Positions 41,591 to 54,931 of a stretch of DNA of 64,000 nt are shown here, one piece after another. Location of the stretch: assembly GCA_038087875.1 (NCBI GenBank), contig CM075987.1, positions 20,586,001-20,650,000 of the forward strand, given 5' to 3'. Positions within the stretch are counted from its first letter, which is position 1. Every line of letters starts with the position of its first letter. The notes under the pieces were generated by a model. It worked only from the letters and a program-made list of their open reading frames with translations. It had not been told where the DNA came from and ran no database searches. The translations under genes were made by a program, and so were the position numbers. This stretch comes from Malacoraja senta (lineage: Eukaryota).

Positions 41591-42983
41591 ATCATATTCC
41601 CCACAGTTTTGATCTTTCATTGACACCTTGTTACTTTTGTCCCACCTCTTCACCTGGACGCAAGAATCCATGAAAACATATTGTTTGACTGAATTCAAGG
41701 TGAATGCTTCTGCCCGTGGCCTTTAATTATACACGGGGCAGGTGTGGGATGCTGCGGTCTGCGGTCTGGGCTGTGACTTCAGCCGACACAAACCCATACC
41801 CCCCCCCCCCACCTCCATAACCTCACCCCCGCCTCTGGTTTAATATTTCCTCTCACCTCTTGTAACATCGATCATGTTTAATCTACAATCAAATATCCTG
41901 CAGGCTGGGGAAGGATTGAAATAAACAGACAAGATGCAATAGGCCGCAGGAAAGTAAACGTTGATGGCACTGGGGGCATTCAAGCCCAGAGGTTGCTTCC
42001 TCCTGCCTTGGCACAGCAACTGCCCTACAATCCCCAATGGGAGTGTCATGGGTTCCTGATCCATCAACTGAAACTTTCCTACATTCTGGAATTCTCACCG
42101 CAAGAACCTCTTCTCTCGGTGTCCACCAGTCTTTGAAAGCAGCCTCAGCTAAGTCTGAAGTGGATTACTGAGGAAGCCTGGTACGTGTGAGGTGTGGAGA
42201 CACAAGGAACTGCAGATGCTTGCAGCTTGATTTTGCACTGGAGTGGAGAGCTGGAGTAATTTCCCGGTTCAGGAAGCATCTGTAGAGGAAAATGGACAGG
42301 CGACGTTTTGGGCCAGGACCCTCCTTCAGACTGATTGTAGCAGTGGGGTAGAAAGCTGGACAAGAGGTGGGGAACGAACGGGACAAAGCCTGGCATGTAA
42401 TAGGTGGAGGAAGGAACTACAGATGCTGGTTTACACCAAAAATAGACACAAAAAGCTGGAGTAACTCAGCGGGTCAGGCAATATCTCTGGCTTCAACTTC
42501 AAACCTGAAGAAGGGTCTCAACCCGAAATGTCACCTATTCCTTTTCTCTAGAGATGTTGCCTGATCCGCTGAGTTACTCCAGCTTTTTGTGTCCATCTTA
42601 AGCGATAGGTGGATACAGGTGACGGGGGTGGGGGTGTTGATTGGCAGATGGGTAGACAAAGGCCAGAGATGAATCAGAGACAAAAGAGTGTTGCATAAGA
42701 AGAGAAAATGAGTGAAATAAGAAGCCAGAGGGAGGGGGGTAGGTGGAAGGGATGGAGATACAGTCCTTCAAACGAGACATTAAACCAAGGCTCCATCACG
42801 CCCTCTCAGAAGCAAAAATAATCCTAAAGCACCAATTTAATGAAGAGCAGAAGCATTACCAGCAGGGGTGGTGAACGATTGGCAGCCCCGCCAACAGTCT
42901 GTTTATATTTTTGTCTTTTTTTAATTTTCAGTTTGTTTTCTAAGTTTGTGTAAATGTTCTCCGGCTTGTTTTATGTGGGAGGG

Positions 42984-43207
42984 TGTAGATTGATGATGCA
43001 TGTGAACCAATCACACTTAGCCAGCATCACTAACTCCACCCCATTATAACATTTATACTAACGCCCATTCCCAGCACCGTTAGTTGAAGCAGCTAGGATG
43101 AACTGAGAACACCTTGTTTTGTAATGCTGCCAAGTTACTGTGCTGGTTAAAGATGTGTGTAAATCTTATACAGTCTCAAGTGATTTACATGGTGTCAGAA
43201 GTGGGAT
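42984..43207 (+). mobile_element. LTR (TG...CA) followed by a tRNA-Leu primer-binding site; probable Gypsy-type 5' remnant
   Basis: TGTAGAT...ATTTACA termini (42984-43189) directly followed by TGGTGTCAGAAGTGGGAT (43190-43207), complementary to the 3' end of tRNA-Leu including CCA. Confidence 0.75.
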
Positions 43208-44573
43208 CAACAAGTTCAGCTGTTCTACATGCATGCACCGCTTCCTCGAGCGATAACTCTGGCCGTCTCAGGAGCTCTGATCTGAGCTTTTGATCGGTGA
43301 TACCATTCACTAAAAGGAAAACAGTCAAGGGAACATCACAGTCAGGGGAAAAGTTTGTTTCAGATTCTTACCTTGCCGGAGTCGCGATGTTTCCGCGTCG
43401 CATCTCCAGTCGCTTTTCGGCCTATCATCGGATGGAGATGGAGGCCTCCTCGGACAGGCCTTGGGCCCCACCGCGGGGCGCGGACTTAATATCGGAGCCG
43501 ATCCCTTGCCTGGGATCACTCCAGCCACAGCCTGCGGACTTACCATCAAGAGCTCGCATTCTGGGAAGAGGCTAGTCGGGAGCTCCGACGAACGCAGAGG
43601 TTCGACCAGCCCCGACGTGGGGTCCGATCGCCCGGTGCGGGGGAGTTGACATCCCCCCCGATGCAGGAGCTGATCACCCCGACGCGGAGGGCCCAAACGC
43701 CGCATGCTACGGGAGTCAATATCGTCCCGTCAACGGAAGGCTCGAGGCCCCTCGACAGTGGGAGAGCTGAGGGAAGAGATTGAACTTTTTTTTCGCCTTC
43801 CATCACAGTGAGGAATGTGGAGTCTCTGTGGTGGATGTTTATGTTAAAATGTGTTTTGTGTGTTCTGTTGCCTTTTATCTGTATGGCTGACTTGGCAAAT
43901 GAAATTCCTCGTATGTTGCAAAACATACTTGGCTAATAAAGTATTATTGTGATTGTCTGAGCCAACAGGTGATGAAAACAGATTGTGCGGTGATTGTCAC
44001 TCTGCTGTTTACTGAAGCCTGCTGTGTGCTTGTCGAAACACTTCATTGGCTGTGAAACATGTCAGGCCATCAGAGATTGTGAAAACATTGTATTCATGGA
44101 AGTCTTTCTTAACGTCAAACCGTATTCTGAGATTTCAACACATCCAGTCTTCTGGTTTCAACGCCCGATTTCTATTAGGAATTGCAAAATCGGACAGCGG
44201 TTCAGAAGGGTCTTGACCCGAAACGTCACCCATGCCTTCTCTCCGGAGATGCTGTCTGTCCTGCTGAGTTACCCCAGCTTTTTGTGTCTATCGAATGCTT
44301 GTCCATGTCAGGGACTGTATCATTGCAAGTCCCTGTGCCTGTGATGAGTGGCCAGTTGGGAGTTACTCCAACTCTCTGTTGGTCTGCAGGGATCTGCCTC
44401 GCCAATAACATCACCTGAACCTTGTCCATCAACAACAGGCTGAACGGATCAGATGAATTCCCTTGTCTACTGTCATCAGTCTCTTTGTGTACCTATCGCA
44501 CGCATTTCGCAATGAGAAGCCCACCCGCTTTAATTAATTAAACATATTTACAGCTTGTGTATGATTAAAAGTT

Positions 44574-44759
44574 CAAGAAGGAACTGCAGATGCTGGAAAT
44601 TCGAAGGTAGACAAAAATGCTGGAGAAACTCAGCGGGTGCGGCAGCATCTATGGAGCGAAGGAAATAGGCAACGTTTCGGCCTGAAACGTTGCCTATTTC
44701 CTTCGCTCCATAGATGCTGCCGCACCCGCTGAGTTTCACCAGCATTTTTGTCTACCTAC
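44574..44759. mobile_element. Palindromic Penelope-derived mini-element
   Basis: ~74-bp near-perfect inverted arms centred near 44680; TSD GATTAAAAGTT (44563-44573, 44760-44770). Confidence 0.85.
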
Positions 44760-45102
44760 GATTAAAAGTTGTTCTACCCCAGCCTGGTGAAACCATTTGT
44801 GTAAGTGGTTCGATGCAAGTTCCCTCAGTATCATGCAGAAGAGATTTCAGCACCATCAGTAACTGTCTGTCCTTGTTCCCTGTTTAATGGCTTGCTCGAT
44901 GTGTAGGCTGCAATATAATTAGCTATTCAGCAGAGAACTAAAATCAAAGCTGCCATTAGTGCTTTCATTTAACGACGTTCACTTCAGAGAGAACGATTTA
45001 CGGGTTGAGAGAAGCTGCAAAGCACGGGCACTCAAAATAATACTGAATGTAGAAGTGATTTCCAAAGGTGTCCCTCAAGCTCCCAACTCAACATGGTTAG
45101 TA

Positions 45103-45317
45103 GAAGATAGACACAGAAAGCTGGAGTAACTCAGCGGGACGGGCTGCATCTCTGGAGAAAGGGAATGGGTGACGTTTCGGGTCGAGACCCTTCTTCAGAC
45201 TCGACCCGAAACGTCACCCATTTCTTCTCTCCAGAGATGCTGCCTGTCCCGCTGAGTTACTCCAGCTATTTGTGTCCATCTTCGGTTTAAACCAGCATCT
45301 GCAGTTCCTTCCTATAC
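45103..45317. mobile_element. Palindromic Penelope-derived mini-element
   Basis: Inverted terminal-repeat copies around the hammerhead motif; 17-bp TSD ACTCAACATGGTTAGTA (45086-45102, 45318-45334). Confidence 0.88.
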
Positions 45318-45602
45318 ACTCAACATGGTTAGTAACTCTCCTTGTTCACAGGTCAAGGATCCCAGGGCAGTTCATGTTCAGACAAAGATGCTGTAGGTAT
45401 GTGATTATTTGCAGAGTGTCTTTGGAAGTATATTATTATCTATAAGTGTAACTAGGAAATGGGCCATTACTCATAAAGTTCTCCAGCAGTGGATTCAAAG
45501 GGTTTTTTACAGAGACAGTGTTTGTGATGCCTTCTGTAGATAGTCTAAGTCGGGGAATGTTGATCAATAGACCATGACTTCTGGACTACATTTGAAGTCT
45601 TA

Positions 45603-46030
45603 TGGGCCTGTCCCACTTAGGCTATTTTATAGGCGACTAGGCAGTCGCCACATGATCGCCAGGGTGTCACCTGTACGGTTGTGAGTCCTCTCCTCAGTCG
45701 CCCAAAGAGTCGCAGCGTCTTTCTGGTCACCGCTGGATTTTCAACATGTTGAAAATTTTTCGGAGACAGTCGGCGACAGTGGGTTTGACGCCAATGAGCG
45801 TAGCTTGACTTCTCCTGACATAGGTGCTGTCGTAGTTGTCACCAGGTTAACGTAGGTTGTCGCCAGATGACGTGGGTTGTCGCCGGTGCTGACTTTGTTT
45901 TTTTGTTGTTGTTAAAGTAATGATTCTATTTCAAATTTTATGTCGAAGGGGGGTCCAGTATTCGGCGACCTACTACAACTATGACAGTTGCCGGTAGTCG
46001 CCTAAAAATAGCCTAAGTGGGACAGGCCCA
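45603..46030. mobile_element. Non-autonomous PIF/Harbinger-type MITE
   Basis: TIR TGGGCCTGTCCCACTTAGGC; 3-bp TSD TTA; internal GTCGCC/GGCGAC subterminal repeats. Confidence 0.8.
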
Positions 46031-48315
46031 TTAATCTTCAAATAACCTTTTCTTCAGATGGCTACGGCTGCGTTTGTGCCCTGAAGGTGATGGTGGACTT
46101 CATCAATGCTATCTGGCTTTATTGAGATGTCTTTCACGAGACACGGGAAATAAATATTGGGATACAGTCTCAGAAAGATGTGCACATGTGGGAAAAACGA
46201 TGTGGATTAGGCAATGCTCAGACTCTGGCTAAAGCTGTGCATCCAGCTGGGCACCAGAGTTTAGAAAGGATTGTAAGACCTCGGAGGGTATGCAGAGGGG
46301 TTTTATGGAATGATACCAGAGGTAAGAAGCATCAAGATCAGAGAAGGTTAAAGGATGAGACCAAAGACTGCAGATGCTGGGATCTGGGGAAAGGTGAAGT
46401 GCTGGAGGAACTCAGTGGAGGAATTGGACAGACAACATTCCGGGTCAGGAACCTTCTTCAGACTGAAGCGCCTGAAACTGTGAATTCCTGACCCATAACA
46501 TTATTTGTCCTTTTCACTCCACAGATGCTGCCTGACCTGCTGAGTTCCTCCAGCACTTTGAAGGTGAAACGAAGATTTAATAGCCGGCAAAGGTAACAGG
46601 CTTGACAAGGAAGATAGCATTTAGAGATTGGCAGAAGGGTCAGTACTGTTTTATCTTTAGTTCTATATTTAAGAAGAGGGGTTGGTGGGCACAGGTCACA
46701 AAGAAGTAGCACATAGAAAGGCAATGGAATGGATGGGATTGCTCAGCTGGGAGCTAGCATGGACCCAATGGGCTGAACGATCTCCTTCTGTGTTGTAATG
46801 AGTGCAACTGTTGCAGAATGACAGATAGGGAAGGAGCACTTCTTCTTTTTGCGTGTGGCGTGCACAGCCCCCCCCCCTCCCCCCCCCGGCCCCCCCCGTG
46901 CACAGCCTAAAGTTGTAGGACAACTTGTTCTTTGTGATCTATTTGTTTGTGCACGCCGGGTTGATTGCATTCGGCGAAACAGGGTGGACCACGTGAAGGT
47001 TGCAATCTCCCACCCCGGAAGGAGCACTGTGATGATTGGACAGTTGCACAGGAAGCAGAATTCTGTGCAGTATGGGTTTGCTTTTATGAATGAAGTTATC
47101 AATTGGATTGGCCCTATGAATTATTGAAAGGTTATTAAAAATCAATTCCTAGGTTGTATGAATCATTGCAAGACTGTCATATTTCGGACGTCATTTCTCA
47201 TTCTTGAGATTACGCTGGGCCTTTATAAGAACACCTATTCAACATGAGTTGAGTTTAGTTCACTGTCACCTGTACCAAGGCACAGTGAAAAGCATTTGTT
47301 GTGTGCTAACCAGTCAGCGGAAAGACAATACATGACTACTATCGAGCCATCCACAGTGTACAGATACATGATAAAGGGACTAACGTGAATAACGTTTCGA
47401 GCAAGATAAAGCCAGTAAAGTCCAATCAAAGATAGTTCTACCTCAGACATCCAATGTGATTGTGAATTTTTCCTATGACTAAACATACCATGGACCAGAA
47501 GCTGATGGTGTCAGAGGCCAGGTTAGCTGACAGTGGTGTGACCTGTCTGAGCAGCAGTTGTCAGTAACGGTGAAGTGGGATGAGGCAGAGACAATGAAGG
47601 AGCGCAGCAGATTGAGTTTGATGATTCGTTTCATTTTGTGTTGACAGACAAGGCAGCATCTTGTGTTTCATTCTAAACGGTCTTATTTCAGGGGCATTTT
47701 GTTCATGATTACCATATCAGGACACAATGAATCACCTTGGATACGATGTGCATGGCTGAAGAGCTATCAACATTTTATGCTTCCCTTCATGGTTAATGGA
47801 GATTGATAACAGAAAGCCCAATAAGGGTTGCAACCACTCCACCGGGAGACACGGGGATGTTGGATAAATCAACAACTTTTTGAACACCAAATATAAGGAT
47901 TAAATTGCAAATCCTTTTCAGTTGTAAGGTTGGAATGGTCATACCTTCTTCTGGAAGGTTGCAATCTGTTTTATGAAGAAACAAACGCAATTGCATGAGG
48001 GAGGAAGGTCTTTAGACCCAGTGACAATGAAGGAATAGTCAATGAATGTCCAAATAGGATCCGTATGTCAATTGGTGGGAAATCAGAGTGAAGGATGCTG
48101 TGTTCAAATGCTGCCTTTGTACATTTTAGATTAAAACAATCTTTGGTATGGTTTGAGAGAGTTTGCAAAGAAGCCTTGTTTCATGTTCCTTTTCTAGGTC
48201 TGCACAAAACTTGAGTCTTTAATTTACAACTTAAGTCTTTAATGTTTCACTCAATGCTGGCAACAAGACTAGTCACACTGTCTGCCGATAGGATAAACTA
48301 TATACAAAACATCTC

Positions 48316-49420
48316 ACAAACATCCTACAAACCTACCGACTCCCATGGCTATCTGGACTACACTTCTTCCCACCCTGCTTCCTGTAAGGACTCCATCCCC
48401 CACTCCCAATTCCTCCGTCTACGCCGCATCTGCTCCCAGGATGAGGCGTTCCACACCAGGGCATCTGAAATGTCCTCATTCTTCAGGGAACGGGGGTTCC
48501 CCTCCGCCACCATAGATGAGGCTCGCACCAGGGTCTCTGCCATACCCCGCAACACTGCTCTCTCTCCCCATCCCCCCACTCACAACAAAGGCAGAGTCCC
48601 CCTAGTCCTCACCTTTCACGCCACCAGCCATCACATACAACAAGTGATCCTCCGTCAGTTTCGCCACCTCCAACGTGACCCCACCACTCGCCACATCTTC
48701 CCATCTCCCCCCATGTCTGCCTTCCGCAAAGACCGCTCCCTCCGTAACTCCCTTGTCAATTCTTCCCTTCCCTCCCATACCACCCCCTCCCCTGGTACTT
48801 TCCCTTGCAACCGCAAGAGATGCAACACTTGTCCCTTCACCTCCCCCCTCCACTCCATTCAAGGACCCAAGCAGTCGTTCCAGGTGCGACAGAGGTTCAC
48901 CTGCATCTCCTCCAACCTCATCTATTGCATTCGCTGCTCTAGATGCCAGCTGATCTACATCGGTGAGACCAAGCGGAGGCTTGGCGATCGTTTCGCCGAA
49001 CACCTCCGATCGGTCCGCAATAACCAACCTGAACTCCCGGTGGCTCAGCACTTCAACTCCCCCTCCCATTCCGTATCTGACCTCTCTGTCCTGGGTCTCC
49101 TCCATGGCCACAGCGAGCAACACCGTAAATTGGAGGAAATGCACCTCATATTCCGCTTGGGCAGTCTACATCCTGGTGGCCTGAACATTGAATTCTCCCA
49201 ATTCTGCTAGCCCTTGCTGTCCCCTCCCCATCATCAGCCCTCTGGTTGTCTCCTCCCATCCCCCAGCCCTCGGGCTCCTCCTCCGCCTTTTTCCTTTTTT
49301 CCTTTCTTCTCCCCACCCCCTATCAGTCTGAAGAAGGGTTTCGGCCCGAAACGTTACCTATTTCCTTCGCTCCATAGATGCTGCTGCACCCGCTGAGTTT
49401 CTCCAGCATTTTTGTCTACC
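48316..49420 (+). mobile_element. Penelope-like retroelement, 5'-truncated (RT C-terminus, Zn-finger linker, GIY-YIG endonuclease, terminal repeat)
   Basis: YKPTDSHGYLDYTSSHP..K.SIP.SQFLRLRRICS; CNRKRCNTC; LIYCIRC..C..IYIGETKRRL..RF.EH; stop at 49210; 13-bp TSD TACAAAACATCTC (48303-48315, 49421-49433). Confidence 0.93.
49328..49355 (+). ncRNA. Minimal hammerhead ribozyme motif in the Penelope-like terminal repeat
   Basis: CTGAAGA-AGGGtttcggCCC-GAAA-CGTT: CUGAnGA and GAAA core boxes flanking a short stem II. Penelope-like elements are known to carry minimal hammerheads. Confidence 0.7.
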
Positions 49421-52400
49421 TACAAAACATCTCCCTTTGTCCTGTGCAGCGCCACCTGCTGCACAGGGGTAGCAACGGGTCCTCCCACCCCACACAGTCC
49501 ACCAAACATCACACCTTGATCTACACTGAAATAGACCAGCAGGCCTTCCAACTACCACACAGAGTTGCATCAATGATAGGGGTAGGTCCACAGTGGGAGC
49601 CACAAGCTGAACGAGGTAACATTGAAGATCATTTCCCACCAGGGAACCCGGAGAGGAGCAAGAGAATCTTCACCCGTGTGCCAGTCAAACCCTCCACCCA
49701 CCTGTGTCCACCTATCACTTGCCAGACTTTGTCCCTCCACCACCTCTCGCCAGCTTTCTCCCCCACTACAGTCAGTATGAAGAAGGTTCCCAGCCCAAAA
49801 TGTCTGTCCATTCCCTCCGCGGATGATGCCTGACCTGCTGAGTTCCTTCAGCATTTTGTGTGTTGCTCAGGATTCCACCATCTGCAGTTCCTCGTGTCAC
49901 CAAGCGAGTCTTCCCCAAAGCCGGTTATGCCTCACTGATCCCGACCTCCTTCACAGCAGATCTTGCTTGGACCTCTGACCTCTGTGAAGCCTCCGTCCCA
50001 CAGATTTTACCCACACCTGTCCCGACAAGTTGTAAGATTCCTTCCTTTGCTTACTGGCCAGACAGGCAACGGAGGACCAGCCAGGAATTCCTCAGATAAG
50101 GTCCAGATGTCACGATGACGGGAGTTCTCCGGATTCCTCATTCTCTTTCCACTTCTCTGTAAAAGGACACCAGACCAGAGACAGACCACTTGTTTCAGCC
50201 CGCTGGCCTTATCTAGTAGATAGTAAGTAAATAGTCATCCACAGCCTTCAGGGAGATGTAACTAGTAAACTTACTGCTGAAAAGCAATGGCAGGAGGGAG
50301 ACAACTGGCTGAAGTATTCAAGTATCAATTCAAGTCACGCTCAGTCACTGCCTATGATGGTGAATTTTCAATATCCCCTACGAGCCAGGAGGAAAAGAAA
50401 GATGGTTGTGAGATGTAAACTATTCATAGGATCATCCGTCGCCGTTAAACATTTATAAGACAGCACGTGTGTGCTTTGAAAAGATCCTGTGCTAAAAATA
50501 AATCTCAGCGTCTTAAAAAAAGACTCCCATTTATTTATGACTGCAGAATGTCCCAGCGCGCTTTACAAGATGCACGATGCAAAGAATTTATTAGCCAAGT
50601 ATGTAAGAACATACAAGGAATCTGATTTGCCACACAGTCATACCTAAGAAGCAGCAAGACACATAACTATATAAAAATTAACATAAACATCCACCACAGC
50701 GTACTGTGATGATGGGCAATAACATATTACCTTCTGCCTTCCTTTTCTCCCACAGTCGGGGCAGTCAAACCATCCGCAGTCGGGACGATCGAAGCTGCCG
50801 CGATCGGGGCGGTCGAAGCCCCATAAGTGTACTTTTACAAGTAAAGTCACTGTTGTAATTAGGTGTAGAGTGAGCTCCCATGGTTCACAAGTTATAGGAG
50901 TAAAATTAAGCCATTCGGCCCACCGAGTCTACCCCGCCAATCAATCGTGGCTGATCTCTGCCTCCTAATCCCATTTTCCTGCCTTCTCCTCGTAACCCTT
51001 GACACCCGTTCTAATCAAGAACTTGTCTATCTCTGCCTTAAAAATATCCACTGACTTGGCCTCCACAACCCTCTGTGGCAATGAGTTGAACAATGAACAA
51101 TGACGTGGAGTGTGCAGGAAGGAACTGCAGATGCTGGTTTACACCAAAGATAGATACAAAATGCTGGAGCAGCTCAGCGGGACAGGCAGCATCTCTGGAG
51201 AGAAGAAATGGGTGACGTTTCGGGTCAAGACCCTTCTTCAGACCGAGAGTCAGGGAAGAGAAAAACTGGGGATATGGATGGATACAAAGGGAATGTAAGG
51301 TGTGAAACTGACAGATCAACAGCAGATGGTCAAGGAAATGTAGAATGGTTCATTGTTGGCTGAGGGGAAGGTGGCAACATGGAGTTATGTTTCATTGCGA
51401 TATCGGTTGGAGTACAGAGATTTCCCTGAAGTGATGTCCATCTGAGATGACAGTTTAACGTGACTTCTTTAAGGCAGCACAATCTGACGATGCAGCGGCC
51501 TCTCAGTGCTGCACTGCAAGTATCAGTCCATATCGTGCGCTCAACTCTCCAGAGTGCAGACTTTGACTGACTCAGAGGCAACTGTTGCAGCAACTGTACC
51601 ACAGACGGAAGCTGAGCAAACTGATCGGTGAGGTTAACAGTCATCAAGCCACAGACTAAAGTCATCCTCCCCCAAGGGAGACTTTTCAATAAATGTTTCT
51701 TGATAAAACCTACTCCTGGCGTCCCCAGATTAATCAGCGATTTAACCCTCTGATCCCACTTCTGGGGACGGAACATTTTCCTGCCTTCCCCATAGAACAG
51801 TACAGAACCAGAACTGGCCCTTCGGCCCACAATGTCTGTGCTGAACATGATGCCAAGTTAAACTATCCCTCTATTCTCATGTCCGTATCCAAAAACCTCT
51901 TAGATGCCACTATTGTATCTGCCTGGCAGCGTGTTCCAAGCACCCAGCACTGAGTGCAAGACCCTAACACTGAACTGAACTGTTCTTTAAACTGCAAGTT
52001 TAACCTGGAAATGGGTGGAGGGTTACGCTGTATAAATGATTGTGTGAGGCTCACTGGAGGAGGTGGGTGTGGTTTTAATGTGGAGCTGTTGAGAAAGCTG
52101 CAGCCATTTGCAATGCACTGGCACTTACTTCCTTCATTTCCTCGAGCCAGCTACAGTATGGATGCAGCACACGTCTGCAAAGTGCTGCTGTGACATACAA
52201 TGGGAAGTGATGTGGTTCCCAGAAGCCTGAAACCGTAGCAATAGTCGACAATTCAGCCCAGAACTCACAGCTGGCCTCCAAAGACAGCAATCTTCCCACC
52301 TTCTGCTTCCACTGACTGTACACTAAACTCCAGGAGTCAGAGCATCCTGAACGGAAACATGAGCGACTGAACCCGTTGCTAACCAACAATCGCCCATTGA

Positions 52401-53770
52401 CAGTGATCTTACATGAATCCCATTAGTTTATTCTCCTCCCATTCACAGCAACACCTTCCCCACCGCTCAGATTTGAACACCCACCTGCTCACATTGGAGG
52501 CAATTTGCAGCCACAACCAGCCCACCAACACACGTACCTTTGGGTTGTGGGAAGAAACCAGAGAAACCAGAGGGAATCATCGTGTGGTCACAGCAAGAAC
52601 GTGCAAACTCCACATAGTCAGGGCTGAAACCTGTGGCTGTGGCTCTACGATGCAGCAGCTTCACTTGGCCCATTAGCATTCCCACCCCAGGAGAAGGCCC
52701 TATAAAGACAAGCAGCATCTTATCCTGCACAATACCACTGCACCGAGCATTCCTGGCGTTACATTTGAAGGAGAATCTGGAAAATTAGTCCCAGTCTTCT
52801 TCCCACTGGAGAGATTTAGGAAGGGAATTTCAGAGCTCAACTGAGGCATGGCTCCTGCACATTCAGGGAAGTGCAGGGGTGCAGGCGAGTGGAATTCACT
52901 TTGCTGTGAGTGGACTTTGCTCAGACAGTGGCGGGAACTGTTCTTACAGGCGATTCAGGGAAGTGCGGTAATGTTAAAGGATTGGGAAGTTTACAGATAT
53001 TGCAAAGGCCAAAATACAGGAGGGATTTGAGCAGGTGGATGAGAAGCCAAGACGTGGGAATGTAGCTCTGTGACTCCAGGAGTGGCAGTAAACAAGGCTT
53101 AGTCAGATTTAGGGCAGCAAGTGGAACGTAATTGAAGATAATTTTAGAAAGACTTAGCTGACCGTGGAGCTGCTTTGTGCAGCAATGGCTGATTTGGATG
53201 TTTTATTTTCTCCAGTGATGATGCTGCACGGCTATAATAGTAACCTGTAATTTACTGCTGGAGCAGGGGAGGCAATCATGTTCCATAATAAACTCTTTCA
53301 TTTTTTATTTAACTGGGCAAAGGATCGAACACAGGTCACTATTTTGAATGTTTGCTGGGAGTAATTCCCAGACAACAAATGTTGTGTTGCAGTTTGGGGG
53401 GAGTTTGTTGTGGAAGACCAGCTGTGGTAGTCCTGACATTGCCCTGAAGACTCCACCCCAGAAATCACCACTGATGTGAATTTCTTCAGACATGCTGACG
53501 TGGAGAAAAGTGCTTTGGACCTGCAGGTTCTTTGTTTGATAAAGCAACGTTTTCCTTGTGTCCTGGGCCAGTATTCTTCCCATTAGCACCGAGGCGGGCG
53601 AGTGGAATTCAGTTTGCCGTGAGTGGATTATGGCAGGAACTGTTTAGTTTCATCGTTTTAGAGATACAGCGCGGAAACAGGCACCTTTGCGCGCCGACCA
53701 CATTAACACTATCCTACACCCACTGGGGACAATTTTTACACTTACCAAGCCAATTAACCTACAAACCTGT

Positions 53771-54174
53771 TAAAGAAGGAACTGCAGATGCTGGAAAATC
53801 GAAGGTACACAAAAATGCTGGAGAAACTCAGCGGGTGCAGCAGCATCTATGGAGCGAAGGAAATAGGCAACGTTTCGGGCCGAAACCCTTCTTCAGACTG
53901 ATAGGGGGTGGGGAGAAGAAAGGAAAAAAGGCGGAGGAGGAGCCCGAGGGCTGGGGGAGGGGAGGAGACAACCAGAGGGCTCAGCCAGGGCTAGCAGAAT
54001 TGGGAGAATTCAATGTTCAAGCCCCCAGGATGTAGACTGCCCAAGCGGAATATGAGGTGCATTTCCTCCAATTTCCGGTGTTGCTCGCTGTGGCCATGGA
54101 GGAGACCCAGGACAGAGAGGTCAGATACGGAATGGGAGGGGGAGTTGAAGTGCTGAGCCACCGAGAGGTCAGGT
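53771..54174 (-). mobile_element. Penelope-like 3' fragment inserted in a V-SINE
   Basis: Near-identical reverse complement of ~49035-49420. Confidence 0.88.
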
Positions 54175-54248
54175 TCACGGGGAGAATGTACAAACTCCGT
54201 ACAGCAGCACCTGTAGTCAGGATCGAACCCGGGTCTCTGGCACTGTAA

Positions 54249-54433
54249 TGGGCCTGTCCCACTTAGGCGACTCTTTAGGCGACTGCCAGGGACTAGTTGG
54301 AATGGAATTCACCTACGACAACCTGCGACAGCAAAAATTGTCGCCACTGTTGCCAAAGATTTTACAACATATTGAAAATTTTGCGGCAGTCGCCTGTAGT
54401 CGCCCAAAAAATCGCCAAAGTGGGACAGGCCCT
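54249..54433. mobile_element. Short PIF/Harbinger-type MITE of the same TIR family
   Basis: TIR GGGCCTGTCCCACTT; TSD TAA (54246-54248, 54434-54436); lies inside a SINE. Confidence 0.82.
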
Positions 54434-54931
54434 TAAGTCAGCAACTCTACCGCTGCGCCACCGTGACCTTACAGGCAACTCCTTGCCGCGCACTCGAGAC
54501 CTTTCTGAGGCACATAGTAAGTTGTGATACAACTACAAGCAGATGGCAAACAAAGCTTTATATTGGAAATCATCCACCCAATACCAGTACAGAATAGAAA
54601 TGCATTTCATACATTCATATCATAAACAAAAACATCATGCTTATTCCAGGAGATCGCACAATCACAGCCCTTTCACTAACACTTATGCCACTGAAGTGCA
54701 CTCGCCCTCCCTGTCCAGTGAGGTTGAATGGCGGTGAACTGCACGAATCCAGCGCGTCCATGTCATTTACCGGTTTGTGGCTCACGGCTGGTGTGCGCTG
54801 GTCAATGGGCTGGTTCCAGTGGTCCTGGTGCGGCCACTGGCTTGGGAGCAGTTGCTCTGATGGGGAGCCAACACCCGGCTTTTGAATTCATGCCCAAGCG
54901 CTTGTGTGTTCGTATAAATCCACGATGATCA

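Larger units (their letters stand above)
53642..54468 (-). mobile_element. V-SINE disrupted by a Penelope fragment and a Harbinger MITE
   Basis: SINE pieces at 53642-53770, 54175-54248 and 54434-54468 are colinear with the 10858-11168 copy. Confidence 0.85.

Noticed and set aside
48242..48315. N-terminus of the 322-aa ORF
   Set aside because: It lies outside the TSD-bounded Penelope insertion, so it is a fortuitous in-frame extension.
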